Assembly: GCA_965215505.1 (NCBI GenBank)
Contig: OZ244065.1
Location: 3,872,001 to 3,936,000, forward strand
DNA from: Capsulimonadaceae bacterium
GTDB taxonomy: Bacteria > Armatimonadota > Armatimonadia > Armatimonadales > Capsulimonadaceae
Reading direction: 5' to 3'
DNA: 64,000 nucleotides
Shown here in pieces: positions 55,662-64,000 of this stretch. Under the pieces are notes generated by a model. It saw nothing but the letters and a program-made list of their open reading frames with translations. It made no database searches and had not been told where the DNA came from. The translations under genes were made by a program, and so were the position numbers. Position 1 is the first letter of the stretch, and each line of letters begins with the position of its first letter.

Positions 55662-55680
55662 TGGGCGTGCGTGGGGGCCG

Positions 55681-58155
55681 CTAGGCCGCGCGGGGCAGGC
55701 CGAACTCGGCCCCCAGGTGCAGCCGGTCGGGGTCGGCCAGCTTGCCCAGCTTGCGCTCGGTTTTCTCCCGGTACAGCGCGGCGTCGGCGGCGGTGATGAG
55801 GCTGGTGAAGTCAGGACCGTCGGCGGGGAAGCAGCCCGTCCCGATGGAGACGCCCAGGCGCAGCGCGCCCAGCCGGGGGTGGAGCAGGCCCGGCTCGTAG
55901 GACTCGACGGCCTCCCGGATGCGGGCGGCGAGGGCGGCGGCCTCGGCCGGACCGCCGCCGTGGACGTAGACCAGGAACTCGTCGCCGCCGTGCCGGGCCA
56001 CGACGTCCTCCGCGCGGATCTGGGCCACGAACAGCGCGCTCAGGTCGCGCAGCACCTGGTCGCCCTTCTGGTGGCCGAAGTTGTCGTTGATCGGCTTGAA
56101 GCTGTCCAGGTCCAGGCAGAGCAGGGCGAACGGCCTCCCGTCCCGGCAGCGGTCCTCGACGTGCCCCGTGATGTGGCGGATGTTGTGCAGGCCCGTCAGC
56201 GGGTCGCTCAGGGCGTGCGACCGCGTCCGGTCGAAGAGCAGGCCGTCATACAGGGCCGCCGCCGCCCGCTCGGCGATGGTCTCCAGGAGCTGCTTGTCCA
56301 GGGCGCTGAAGGCGTCGGCGTAGGGGTGGTACAGGTTGATCGTGCCGAGTACCTCGCCCTGATGCACGATCGGGACGATCAGGGACGTCTGGAGCGCGGT
56401 CCACTGGGCGGACCGTGAGGCGGTCAGCAGGAGGTCGTCGGCGTCGTAGCCCCCCAGGTAGGTCAGGCGGTCCGAGGCGACCCGGAGCGACGTGCTGGCC
56501 GGCCCCAGGGTGCGCGCGCCGGTGAAGTACTCGCGGTTGACGCCCACGGCGGCGCGCACGCTCATGCCGGCACCTTCCAGACCCACCCCCGCCGCGTCGC
56601 GCAGCAGGAACAGGGCGGCCGTGCCGGGCAGGATCGTCTCCAATTTGCGGCTCAGGATCTCCAGAGTCTCCTGGAGGCCCAGGGACGAGGACAGGGTCTG
56701 CACGACCTCGTACAAGGCCCACAGCTCCGAGGAGGCCCGGTGGATGGCGCGCGCCGCCTGGTCGGCGGGGTGGGCGAGCGCCTCGCCGGGCGCGGCGGCG
56801 GCCAGCGGCCCGTCGCCCTCGGCCGCCATCTGGACGACGACCTCCTCGATCACGCCCAGGAAGGCGTCGGCGACGTCCGGGTCGAAGTGCGTCCCCCGGT
56901 CCTTGCGGATCACCTCGCAGGCCCGCTCGTGCGGCCAGGCGCTCCGGTAGGACCGCGACGACGTCAGGGCGTCGTAAACGTCGGCGACGGCCAGGATGCG
57001 CGCCGTGCGCGGGATGTCCTCGCCCTTCAGCCCGTCCGGGTAGCCGGTCCCGTCCCACTTCTCGTGGTGCGACCGGACGACGGGCAGGACAGGCCAGGGG
57101 AACTGGACCGGGTGGAGGATGTCGGCCCCGATCTGCGGGTGTTCCTTGATCTTGGCGAACTCCTCGTCGGTCAGCCGCCCCGGCTTCAGCAGGACGTACT
57201 CGGGGACGCCCAGCTTGCCGATGTCGTGCAGCAGCGCGCCCATCTCGATGGCCTTCAGCTCGGTCCCGACCAGCCCCATGTGTTTCGCCGTGGCGACGGC
57301 GTAGCGCTGCACCCGCAGGATGTGCTGGTGCGTGTACTGGTCCTTGGCGTCGATGGCAAGGGCGAGGCTCCCGATGGTCGCGAGGTACAGCTCGGCCAGA
57401 TGCTCCTGACTGAGCTGCATCTCCTCGATGTGCTGCTGCTTCTCCTCGGTCGCGCGGACCGTCGTGGAGTAGTTCTGGAACACGACCAAGCCCAGCGGGG
57501 CCAGCAGCAGCAGGACGAAGCCGACGTGGCTGGAGAACAGCAGGATCGCCAGCGTGCTGACGCAGCCGCCCGCGAAGTAGGAGGGGGCCGTCCAGAAGAA
57601 CGTCTCGCGCCACAGGGTCAGCGGCTTCTGCCCGGTGCAGAGGGCGACGATGACGGCGACGCCGCCCGTATTGAGCAGGAAGTAGACCAGGCTGAAACCC
57701 GCCACGGCGGGGTAGGTGCCGGGACTCCGCAGGGCCAGGGAGGAGTGGTTCAGCCACAGGAAGACCAGCCCCGCCGCCCAGGCCTCCACGACGGCCGTGG
57801 ACACGTTGAACAGGAGCTGGTGGAGGGGCTGGCGGCGCGAGGCCGGGAACAGGCTCTGGCAGAGGCTGCCGAAGGCGCTCACCAGAACGGCCGCGGCCGG
57901 CCCGAAGCGCAGCAGGGCCGTACAAGTCAGCACATAGCCCAGGGAGAGCGAGACGTGGTCCTCGGCGCTGTGGTGGCGCATCAGGCGGATCTTCTTGCTG
58001 CTCGCCAGCGCCGTCAGGAGCAGGTAAAGCCCCAGTTCCCACCACGGAGCGTCCTCCTTGGGGACCGGCGTGACGGCGGCGCAGGCCGCCGCCGCGCCGC
58101 CCAGCAGGCAGACCAGGACCAGATATAGTTGTGCGTTCCGCGGTAGTTTACTCAT
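55681..58155 (-). CDS. Multi-TM sensor - HD-GYP - GAF - GGDEF protein
   Basis: About 7-8 hydrophobic N-terminal helices; HDIGK, HHEKWDGTGYP and RSYR; GAF (IVPI...VLGTINLY..AFS..D..LL); DLDSFK..ND.FGH..GD and HGGDEF. Confidence 0.92.
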   Translation of the reverse strand: MSKLPRNAQLYLVLVCLLGGAAAACAAVTPVPKEDAPWWELGLYLLLTALASSKKIRLMRHHSAEDHVSLSLGYVLTCTALLRFGPAAAVLVSAFGSLCQSLFPASRRQPLHQLLFNVSTAVVEAWAAGLVFLWLNHSSLALRSPGTYPAVAGFSLVYFLLNTGGVAVIVALCTGQKPLTLWRETFFWTAPSYFAGGCVSTLAILLFSSHVGFVLLLLAPLGLVVFQNYSTTVRATEEKQQHIEEMQLSQEHLAELYLATIGSLALAIDAKDQYTHQHILRVQRYAVATAKHMGLVGTELKAIEMGALLHDIGKLGVPEYVLLKPGRLTDEEFAKIKEHPQIGADILHPVQFPWPVLPVVRSHHEKWDGTGYPDGLKGEDIPRTARILAVADVYDALTSSRSYRSAWPHERACEVIRKDRGTHFDPDVADAFLGVIEEVVVQMAAEGDGPLAAAAPGEALAHPADQAARAIHRASSELWALYEVVQTLSSSLGLQETLEILSRKLETILPGTAALFLLRDAAGVGLEGAGMSVRAAVGVNREYFTGARTLGPASTSLRVASDRLTYLGGYDADDLLLTASRSAQWTALQTSLIVPIVHQGEVLGTINLYHPYADAFSALDKQLLETIAERAAAALYDGLLFDRTRSHALSDPLTGLHNIRHITGHVEDRCRDGRPFALLCLDLDSFKPINDNFGHQKGDQVLRDLSALFVAQIRAEDVVARHGGDEFLVYVHGGGPAEAAALAARIREAVESYEPGLLHPRLGALRLGVSIGTGCFPADGPDFTSLITAADAALYREKTERKLGKLADPDRLHLGAEFGLPRAA

Positions 58156-58444
58156 GGATGTTCGGCAGATACGGGCCGGGGCCGTGACGCCGCCCCCGTC
58201 CTCACTCGCACCTTGGCGTATTCACTTCTATCTTGGCCTATTCGCCGGCTGAACTTTAGCCGCATCTTGTCATACATGCATAAAAAGAAGGCAATCTCGG
58301 CGGCACCGCCTTTGTAATCCGGCGCGCGACTATGGTAAAATACGGCGGTACTTTCCGCAGGCCCTGAGATTCGCTCCGTGCCCTGCCGATGGTAGAACAG
58401 ACCGGCTGCCGGACCCGCCGACAACGGCGCGGCACGGCGGAGAA

Positions 58445-61400
58445 GTGAAAACCGTTTTGTGTCCACCCGCCCCCGCAAACCAGCCGCCTTTCCCCGCGAA
58501 CGAAGAGGAACGGCTAGCCGCGCTGCGCCGCTGCGCGCTCCTAGACACGCCACCGGAAGCCGCCTTCGACCGGCCGGCCTCGCTCGCCGCCCGCCTGTTC
58601 GGGGTGCCGCTGGCCCTCGTGACCCTCCTCGACCGCGACCGCCTGTGGCTCAAGTCCTGCCAGGGGCAGGGCCGCGATTCCGTCGGCTTCCGCGAAGTGA
58701 GCCGTGACCTCTCCTTCTGCGCCCACACGGTCTTCGCGGGCGAGCCGCTGGTGTTCGAGGACACCCGCCTGGACCCGCGTACCGCCCACAACCCCTTCGT
58801 CACCGGCGAAAGGGGTGTCCGCTTCTACGCCGGCGCCCCGCTGCTGGACGGGGAAGGCCACGCGCTCGGTGCCCTCTGCCTTCTCGATTTCGAGCCGCGC
58901 CTCTTCCCCGCCGAGCAGCGCGCGGCCCTGGCCGACCTCGCGGCCGGCGTGGTCAGCGAGATCGAGCTGCGGCGCGCGTCGTCCGCCCTGGCCGAGAGTG
59001 AGCGGCTGGGCCGGCAGATGTTCGAGGACAGCCCGCAGCCCATGTGGGTCTTTGACGACAAGACGCTGCGCTTCCTGGCCGTGAACGGGGCCGCCGTCGC
59101 CTGCTACGGATACACGCGCGCCGAGTTCCTGGCGATGACCCTCGCCGACATCCGCCAGCCCGAAGACGTGCCCGCCCTGTTCGAGGCCGAACCCGCCCTG
59201 CGGCCCGGCGACAAACTCCTCCGGCGGCACCGGAAAAAGGACGGCGCGCTGATCTGGGCGGAGGTCGCCGCCCACGCGGTTGACTATGAAGGCCGTGCGG
59301 CGCGCATGGTGGTCGCGAGCGATGTCACCGAGCGGGTGCAGGCTGAGGACGCCTTGCGCCGCAGCCTGACGATGATGAAGGCCCAGCAGGAAGCCGCCCC
59401 GGACGGCATCCTGGTCGTGGACGAGCATCGCCGGGTCATCAGCTACAACCAGCGCCTGTGCGAGATGTGGGGCATCCCCGACGTCGTCCGCCGGGCGGCC
59501 CGGTACGACGGGCTGCTCGGCCACATCCTCTCGCTCGTCGAGCGGCCTGAGGAGTACGCGCAGCGCGTCCGGTGCCTCTATGAACACCCCTCGGAGCGGA
59601 GCCACGAGGAGATCGAGCTGAAGGACGGGCGCGCCTTCGACCGATACTCCGGGCCGATGGTGTCCGAAGGGGGGGAATACTACGGGCGCGTGTGGTTCTT
59701 CCGGGACATCACCGAGCGCCGAGTCATGGAGCAGGGGCTGCGCCGCTCGGAGCGGAAACGCGCCCTGCACATCCGGCACACGCCCCTGGCGGCGATCGAA
59801 TGGGGGCTGGACTTCGAGGTGACCGCCTGGAACCCCGCCGCCGAAAGGATCTTCGGCTACACCCAGGACGAGGCCCATGGCCGCCGGGGGCCGGACCTGA
59901 TTCTGCCCGACGCCGAGCAGGCCGCCATCGAGGCCGTCCGCGTCGCCCTGCTTTCGGGGACGGGGGGCGCACGCAGCACCAACCTCAACCGAACCAAGGA
60001 CGGCCGCACCATCCTGTGCGAGTGGTACAACACGCCCCTGGTGGACGACGACGGGCGGGTGATCGGGGTCGCCGCCCTGGCGCAGGACGTGACCGAGAGC
60101 AGGCGGGCCGAGGCGCAGCTCCGGGAGAGCCGCCAGCGCTACAAGTCGCTGGTGGATTACCACCCCCACACCGTCTGCTCCATTGACACGCAGGGCCGCT
60201 TCCTGACCGTGAACGCCGCCTTCGAGCAGCTCACCGGGTATGCCGCGTCGGAGGTCTGCGGGCGGCCGTTCGCCCCTGTGGTCGCGCCGGAGTGCCTGGA
60301 GCAGTCCCGCCGGCACTACGCGCTGACGCTCCAGGGGCACCCGCAGAGGCACGAACTGACGCTCCTGCACAAGACGGGCCGGCGCGTCGGGGCCTGCCTG
60401 ACCACCGTCCCGATCGTGGTGGAAGGGGCGGTCACCGGCATCTACGCGGTCGTCGAGGATGTCACCGAGCGCCTGGCCCTGGAGGCCGAGCGCGAGGCGC
60501 TGCTGTCCCAGACCGAGGCGCTGCTGGCGGACGCCCTGGAACGGGCGGACCACGACCCGCTGACCGGGCTGATGAACCACCGCGCCTTCCACAAGCGCCT
60601 GGAGGAGCAGGACGAGGCGGCCGGCCGCGAGGGCAGGCCGCTGTCCCTGCTGCTCCTGGACCTTTGCGACTTTAAGTTCTTCAACGACGCCTATGGCCAC
60701 CTCGCCGGCGACGACGTGCTGCGGCGGGTGGCGGCCGCCCTGCGGTCCGCCTGCCGTCCGGGGGACACGCTGGCCCGCTTCGGCGGCGACGAGTTCGCCC
60801 TGCTGATGCCCGGCGCGTCTCAGCCCGAGGCCGCCCGCGCCGCCGACGCCCTGCGGGCTGCCGTGGCCCGCGTCGGCTATCGCCCGCCGGGCCACGACGC
60901 CGCCATCCCCCTCAGCCTTTCGGTCGGGGCCGCCTCCGCCCCCGGAGACGGCGCGGGCCGCGGCGCCCTGCTCGGGGCCGCCGACGCCCGCCTGCGGGTC
61001 GCCCAGTCGGGGGGCGACGATGAGGGCCAGGCGATGCGCCTGCGCCGGGGCCTGACCCGCTCGGTCGAAGGCTTCTCCATGCTGGACGCCCTGGTGGCCG
61101 CCGTGGACAATAAAGACCGCTACACCCGCCGCCACTCCGAGGACGTCATGGAGTACAGCGCCCGCATCGCCCGCGCCCTGGGCATGGGCGCCTCGGCCCA
61201 GCACGCCGTCCAGGTCGCCGCCCTGCTGCACGACGTGGGCAAGATCGGGGTGCCGGACGAGATCCTCCGCAAGCCGGGCCGGCTGACCGACGAGGAGTTC
61301 GCCGCCGTCCGGCAGCACCCGATGATGGGCGCGGTCATCGTCGGGGCCGTGCCGGGCTTCGAGGAGGCCCTGGATGCCGTCCGCCACCACCACGAGCGGT

Positions 61401-61615
61401 GGGACGGCGAGGGCTACCCGTTCGGCCTGCGCGGCGCGGAGATCCCCCTGACCGCCCGCCTGATGGCCGTCGCCGACGCCTACAGCGCGATGACGACCGA
61501 CCGCCCCTACCGCAAGGGCATGGACCCGGCCCGCGCGCGGCGCATCCTGGCCGAAGGCGCGGGGACGCAGTGGGACCCCGCCTGCGTCGCCGCGTTCCTG
61601 GGCGAAGGCGTCTGA
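58445..61615 (+). CDS. GAF-PAS(x4)-GGDEF-HD-GYP protein
   Basis: EEERLAAL..LDTPPE..FD and RFYAGAPL (GAF); four PAS segments; RFGGDEF; HDVGK, HHERWDGEGYP and DRPYR. The C-terminal half closely parallels 15663..17927. Confidence 0.92.
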   Translation: MKTVLCPPAPANQPPFPANEEERLAALRRCALLDTPPEAAFDRPASLAARLFGVPLALVTLLDRDRLWLKSCQGQGRDSVGFREVSRDLSFCAHTVFAGEPLVFEDTRLDPRTAHNPFVTGERGVRFYAGAPLLDGEGHALGALCLLDFEPRLFPAEQRAALADLAAGVVSEIELRRASSALAESERLGRQMFEDSPQPMWVFDDKTLRFLAVNGAAVACYGYTRAEFLAMTLADIRQPEDVPALFEAEPALRPGDKLLRRHRKKDGALIWAEVAAHAVDYEGRAARMVVASDVTERVQAEDALRRSLTMMKAQQEAAPDGILVVDEHRRVISYNQRLCEMWGIPDVVRRAARYDGLLGHILSLVERPEEYAQRVRCLYEHPSERSHEEIELKDGRAFDRYSGPMVSEGGEYYGRVWFFRDITERRVMEQGLRRSERKRALHIRHTPLAAIEWGLDFEVTAWNPAAERIFGYTQDEAHGRRGPDLILPDAEQAAIEAVRVALLSGTGGARSTNLNRTKDGRTILCEWYNTPLVDDDGRVIGVAALAQDVTESRRAEAQLRESRQRYKSLVDYHPHTVCSIDTQGRFLTVNAAFEQLTGYAASEVCGRPFAPVVAPECLEQSRRHYALTLQGHPQRHELTLLHKTGRRVGACLTTVPIVVEGAVTGIYAVVEDVTERLALEAEREALLSQTEALLADALERADHDPLTGLMNHRAFHKRLEEQDEAAGREGRPLSLLLLDLCDFKFFNDAYGHLAGDDVLRRVAAALRSACRPGDTLARFGGDEFALLMPGASQPEAARAADALRAAVARVGYRPPGHDAAIPLSLSVGAASAPGDGAGRGALLGAADARLRVAQSGGDDEGQAMRLRRGLTRSVEGFSMLDALVAAVDNKDRYTRRHSEDVMEYSARIARALGMGASAQHAVQVAALLHDVGKIGVPDEILRKPGRLTDEEFAAVRQHPMMGAVIVGAVPGFEEALDAVRHHHERWDGEGYPFGLRGAEIPLTARLMAVADAYSAMTTDRPYRKGMDPARARRILAEGAGTQWDPACVAAFLGEGV

Positions 61616-61727
61616 CCCCCGCCGTGGCCTGACGGCCGCCGTGGGGCGAGGCTAGGGCAGCCGTAAGCGCGCGTCCCGGCGCGCGATGCACCCGACCCGC
61701 AACGAACCCGGCCATGCCCGCAACGAA

Positions 61728-62271
61728 CCCGGCCATGAATGGCCGGTCTATTCCCGGCTTCGCCGGTGGGCCGCCCCTTCGGGGCTACGGACGATGCCAC
61801 CGAATGATGTGATGGTGTAGGGGCGCCGCTTGCCGCGCCCTCCTGCCTTCCCCGCCCTCCTGCTTTCCCCGCCCTTCTTCTCCCAAAGCGCGGCAGGACA
61901 AGAGGGCGCGGCAAGCGGCGCCCCTACGCCCGGAGGATGCCGCCCCGGATGCCGCCCCGGATGCCGCCCCGGATGCCGCCCCGGATGCCGCCCCGGATGC
62001 CGCCCCGGATGCCGCCCCGGATGCCGCCCCGGATGCCGCCCCGGATGCCGCCCCGGATGCCGCCCCGGATGCCGTGCCCCTACACCGCCCCTGTAGGGGT
62101 CGGGTTCCCCGACCCTCGTTCCCCTCCTTTCCTTTCGGCTTTGTCCCTCCGAAGCCCCGATCCGAAGCCCCGAAGCGGGCGGCCCACCGGCGAAGCCGGG
62201 GATAGACCGACGGTTTAACGCCGGGACAATGGGCCGGGACGCAGCCGCATAGACCAACGGTTCAACGCCGG
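61728..62271. repeat. Large composite REP/BIME-like element enclosing a VNTR
   Basis: Forward module 61728-61790, GTAG REPs at 61817, 61902 and 62093, inverted module at about 62160-62226. Confidence 0.85.
61935..62074. repeat. 12-bp tandem repeat GGATGCCGCCCC x11 (+partial)
   Basis: Eleven perfect units at 61935-62066. Confidence 0.97.
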
Positions 62272-62292
62272 GCTGACTTTTTCACGAAATGC

Positions 62293-62322
62293 TTGACAAA
62301 CGATGGGGGCTTCCGCTACACT
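62293..62322 (+). promoter_or_regulatory. Sigma70-type promoter
   Basis: TTGACA-18 nt-TACACT. Confidence 0.65.
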
Positions 62323-62492
62323 GTAGCATAGCAGAAATACCAAAGTGTCTGCCGCGCGTTGCAAAGGAGAACCATCCGATGACACGCACCGCGACAGGCA
62401 CGAACATTCGCCCCTGCCCCATTTCCGGCCCCGTCCGCCTTGCCGGTCTTTACTAAGTAAAGACCGGCGCGCTCCGATCCTGGCTGACCCTG

Positions 62493-64000
62493 ATGAGCCT
62501 CACCCTTTTTACCCTCGGCCTGCTCTGCGCCCGCTCCGCTCAGGCACAAGACGATTGGAACGTCACCGACAAAGACGGCAGCACCCTCCAAGTCTCCGGT
62601 GCCGGCTACCCCCTCACCGGCACCGCCACTGGCAAGGCCAAAAACACCTACCCCGCAGATATGACCTTCGTCGCCAAACTCGCGCCCTACTACGACTTGG
62701 AATACGGGTGGGTAGACAACAGCCAGTGGCTCCAGGCTGCCTCCGGCGGCCCCCACTCCTACGACCCCAACCCGCTCGGCGTCCCTTACCTTTACAACGA
62801 CGGGACCACCGGCCCGCCCTCGACCCTCATCGCGCTGAACGCCACCGCCCACAACTACGCCTTCAACAACAGCTACTATGGGTCCTTCAACCCCGAAGAC
62901 TACCCCTTTTACACATACCAGACGTACAAGGATGTGAGTGACTGTGAGCCGATCATCGGCAACGTGACCGGCAGGGCCAAAGGGACGCTGTGGGCGAACT
63001 GGAACTGGACGGGGTCCGGGGCGGCCCCGGACCACCTAGACATCTTGCTGACCACGAACGTGCAGGCGTCGAAGTCCTACGAGAACGGCTCGGAGGAGAC
63101 GGACCTGATCGCGACGGCGACAGCCTCGGACGGGGACCCGTTCAACGAGACGGCGAGTTCCGATGGCCCAGGAGGTAGGGAGCAGGCGGGTGGCCGCCAC
63201 CTGCTGCGTGTTCCAGTGTCAGGCGGGGTGGCGGCGGTGTCTTTGAACGGCAACGTGAGCGCCTCGGCGACCAACAACCTCCAGTACGGGGGGTTCAGCT
63301 ATCCCTACTATCAGATCTACGGCGGGCGTAACCCGACCGGTGCCCGCAGCTACGCCTCGGTTTCGGCTACCGCTATGGTAGACAGCCGGGACGTGACGAT
63401 TACCTCAGACATCGATCCAACCTATAAAAAAGGCAGAGTGGCGGATCGGGTAGGACATCCTGTTCAAGACCAGTGGGGCAATGACCTCTACGAGCCTGTC
63501 CAGAACAAGCTCGACGCGGATGGCACAGGGCATGGGGATGTGGGTCTGGCGGCTTCACCGCAGAGCGTAATGGTGCCAACGCCCTCCGACTCCTACCTGT
63601 ATGTTACCTACAAGGGCAACTATTCCGGTAGCTGGCACGTTTCCGGCCTCATGGAATGGTGGTATTCTGCCTTGACGGGTTCTTCAGCCGTTGGCACCCT
63701 CATTAACTCCTTCGACGAATCAGGCTTCGTCGTATCCTATGTTAGACCAAGCGATCCGCAAGTAATCGGCTATGACCCGTATGACGGGACCCCCCTCTAC
63801 TCCCAGGCGGTGCCGGGCAAAACCGGCACGGACCATGTTCACCTTACCTGTGAAGATGCTGCCCCCTATTCGGACTCTGGCGGTGATGGCGCTTTCGCGA
63901 CAGCCAACTATTACATGAACATGCATGACACGGAAGAAAATCCCTTCAAGTTCCGTGCTGATGAATACTATTGGCAGGATCTGCAACTGAATACGCCGGT
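62493..64000 (+). CDS. Large secreted Tyr/Gly/Thr-rich protein, 3'-truncated by the window edge (absent from the ORF track)
   Basis: Translated by hand: MSLTLFTLGLLCARSAQA-QDDWNVTD... with no stop codon up to 64000. Confidence 0.8.
   Translation, partial: MSLTLFTLGLLCARSAQAQDDWNVTDKDGSTLQVSGAGYPLTGTATGKAKNTYPADMTFVAKLAPYYDLEYGWVDNSQWLQAASGGPHSYDPNPLGVPYLYNDGTTGPPSTLIALNATAHNYAFNNSYYGSFNPEDYPFYTYQTYKDVSDCEPIIGNVTGRAKGTLWANWNWTGSGAAPDHLDILLTTNVQASKSYENGSEETDLIATATASDGDPFNETASSDGPGGREQAGGRHLLRVPVSGGVAAVSLNGNVSASATNNLQYGGFSYPYYQIYGGRNPTGARSYASVSATAMVDSRDVTITSDIDPTYKKGRVADRVGHPVQDQWGNDLYEPVQNKLDADGTGHGDVGLAASPQSVMVPTPSDSYLYVTYKGNYSGSWHVSGLMEWWYSALTGSSAVGTLINSFDESGFVVSYVRPSDPQVIGYDPYDGTPLYSQAVPGKTGTDHVHLTCEDAAPYSDSGGDGAFATANYYMNMHDTEENPFKFRADEYYWQDLQLNTP

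Noticed and set aside
58541-61393. 950-aa minus-strand ORF (likewise 1271-3763, 15522-17684, 23803-25785, 27248-29773)
   Set aside because: Antisense shadows of well-supported genes.
55681-61615. A Hypr GGDEF (cGAMP synthase) to match the A20 aptamers
   Set aside because: All four GGDEF domains in the window retain Asp in GHxxGD rather than the Ser/Thr Hypr signature.
61935-62218. MPPR/GRHP/CRPG repeat ORFs
   Set aside because: Artefacts of a stop-free 12-bp VNTR inside a REP cluster; no SD or coding context.
62454-62456. Selenocysteine or pyrrolysine recoding at the in-frame stop
   Set aside because: The codon is TAA, not TGA or TAG.

Overview
GC-rich bacterial chromosomal window. The gene content (SLH-anchored porin, DUF6785-type membrane protein, many GGDEF/HD-GYP proteins) suggests a diderm soil bacterium such as Armatimonadota, but this is inference only. 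It holds about 48 protein genes and no rRNA, tRNA or CRISPR array. The most striking part is a cyclic-dinucleotide-linked module on the minus strand at 43.5-58.2 kb. Two paralogous secreted S8 proteases each end in seven R-A-T-W-G-S repeats, and each is preceded by a tandem pair of GEMM-I riboswitch aptamers: the distal one has G20 (c-di-GMP signature) and the proximal one has A20 (3',3'-cGAMP signature). A 24-aa ORF ending RIIWDG follows the proteases before the terminator. A multi-TM HD-GYP/GAF/GGDEF sensor lies upstream on the same strand, separated by a TetR/SDR block that looks inserted. Other points of interest: a solitary phage-type terminase large subunit, an AT-rich three-gene islet with a DUF3990-like (ART-like) gene, a decayed type ISP restriction-modification fragment, a KaiC-like ATPase coupled to an RsbW-type kinase, duplicated zinc-ribbon/SPOR proteins, several REP-like palindrome families, probable leaderless genes, and a large secreted ORF running off the right edge with a hairpin-embedded stop just upstream. 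Family names are from motif recognition by eye, not database searches.
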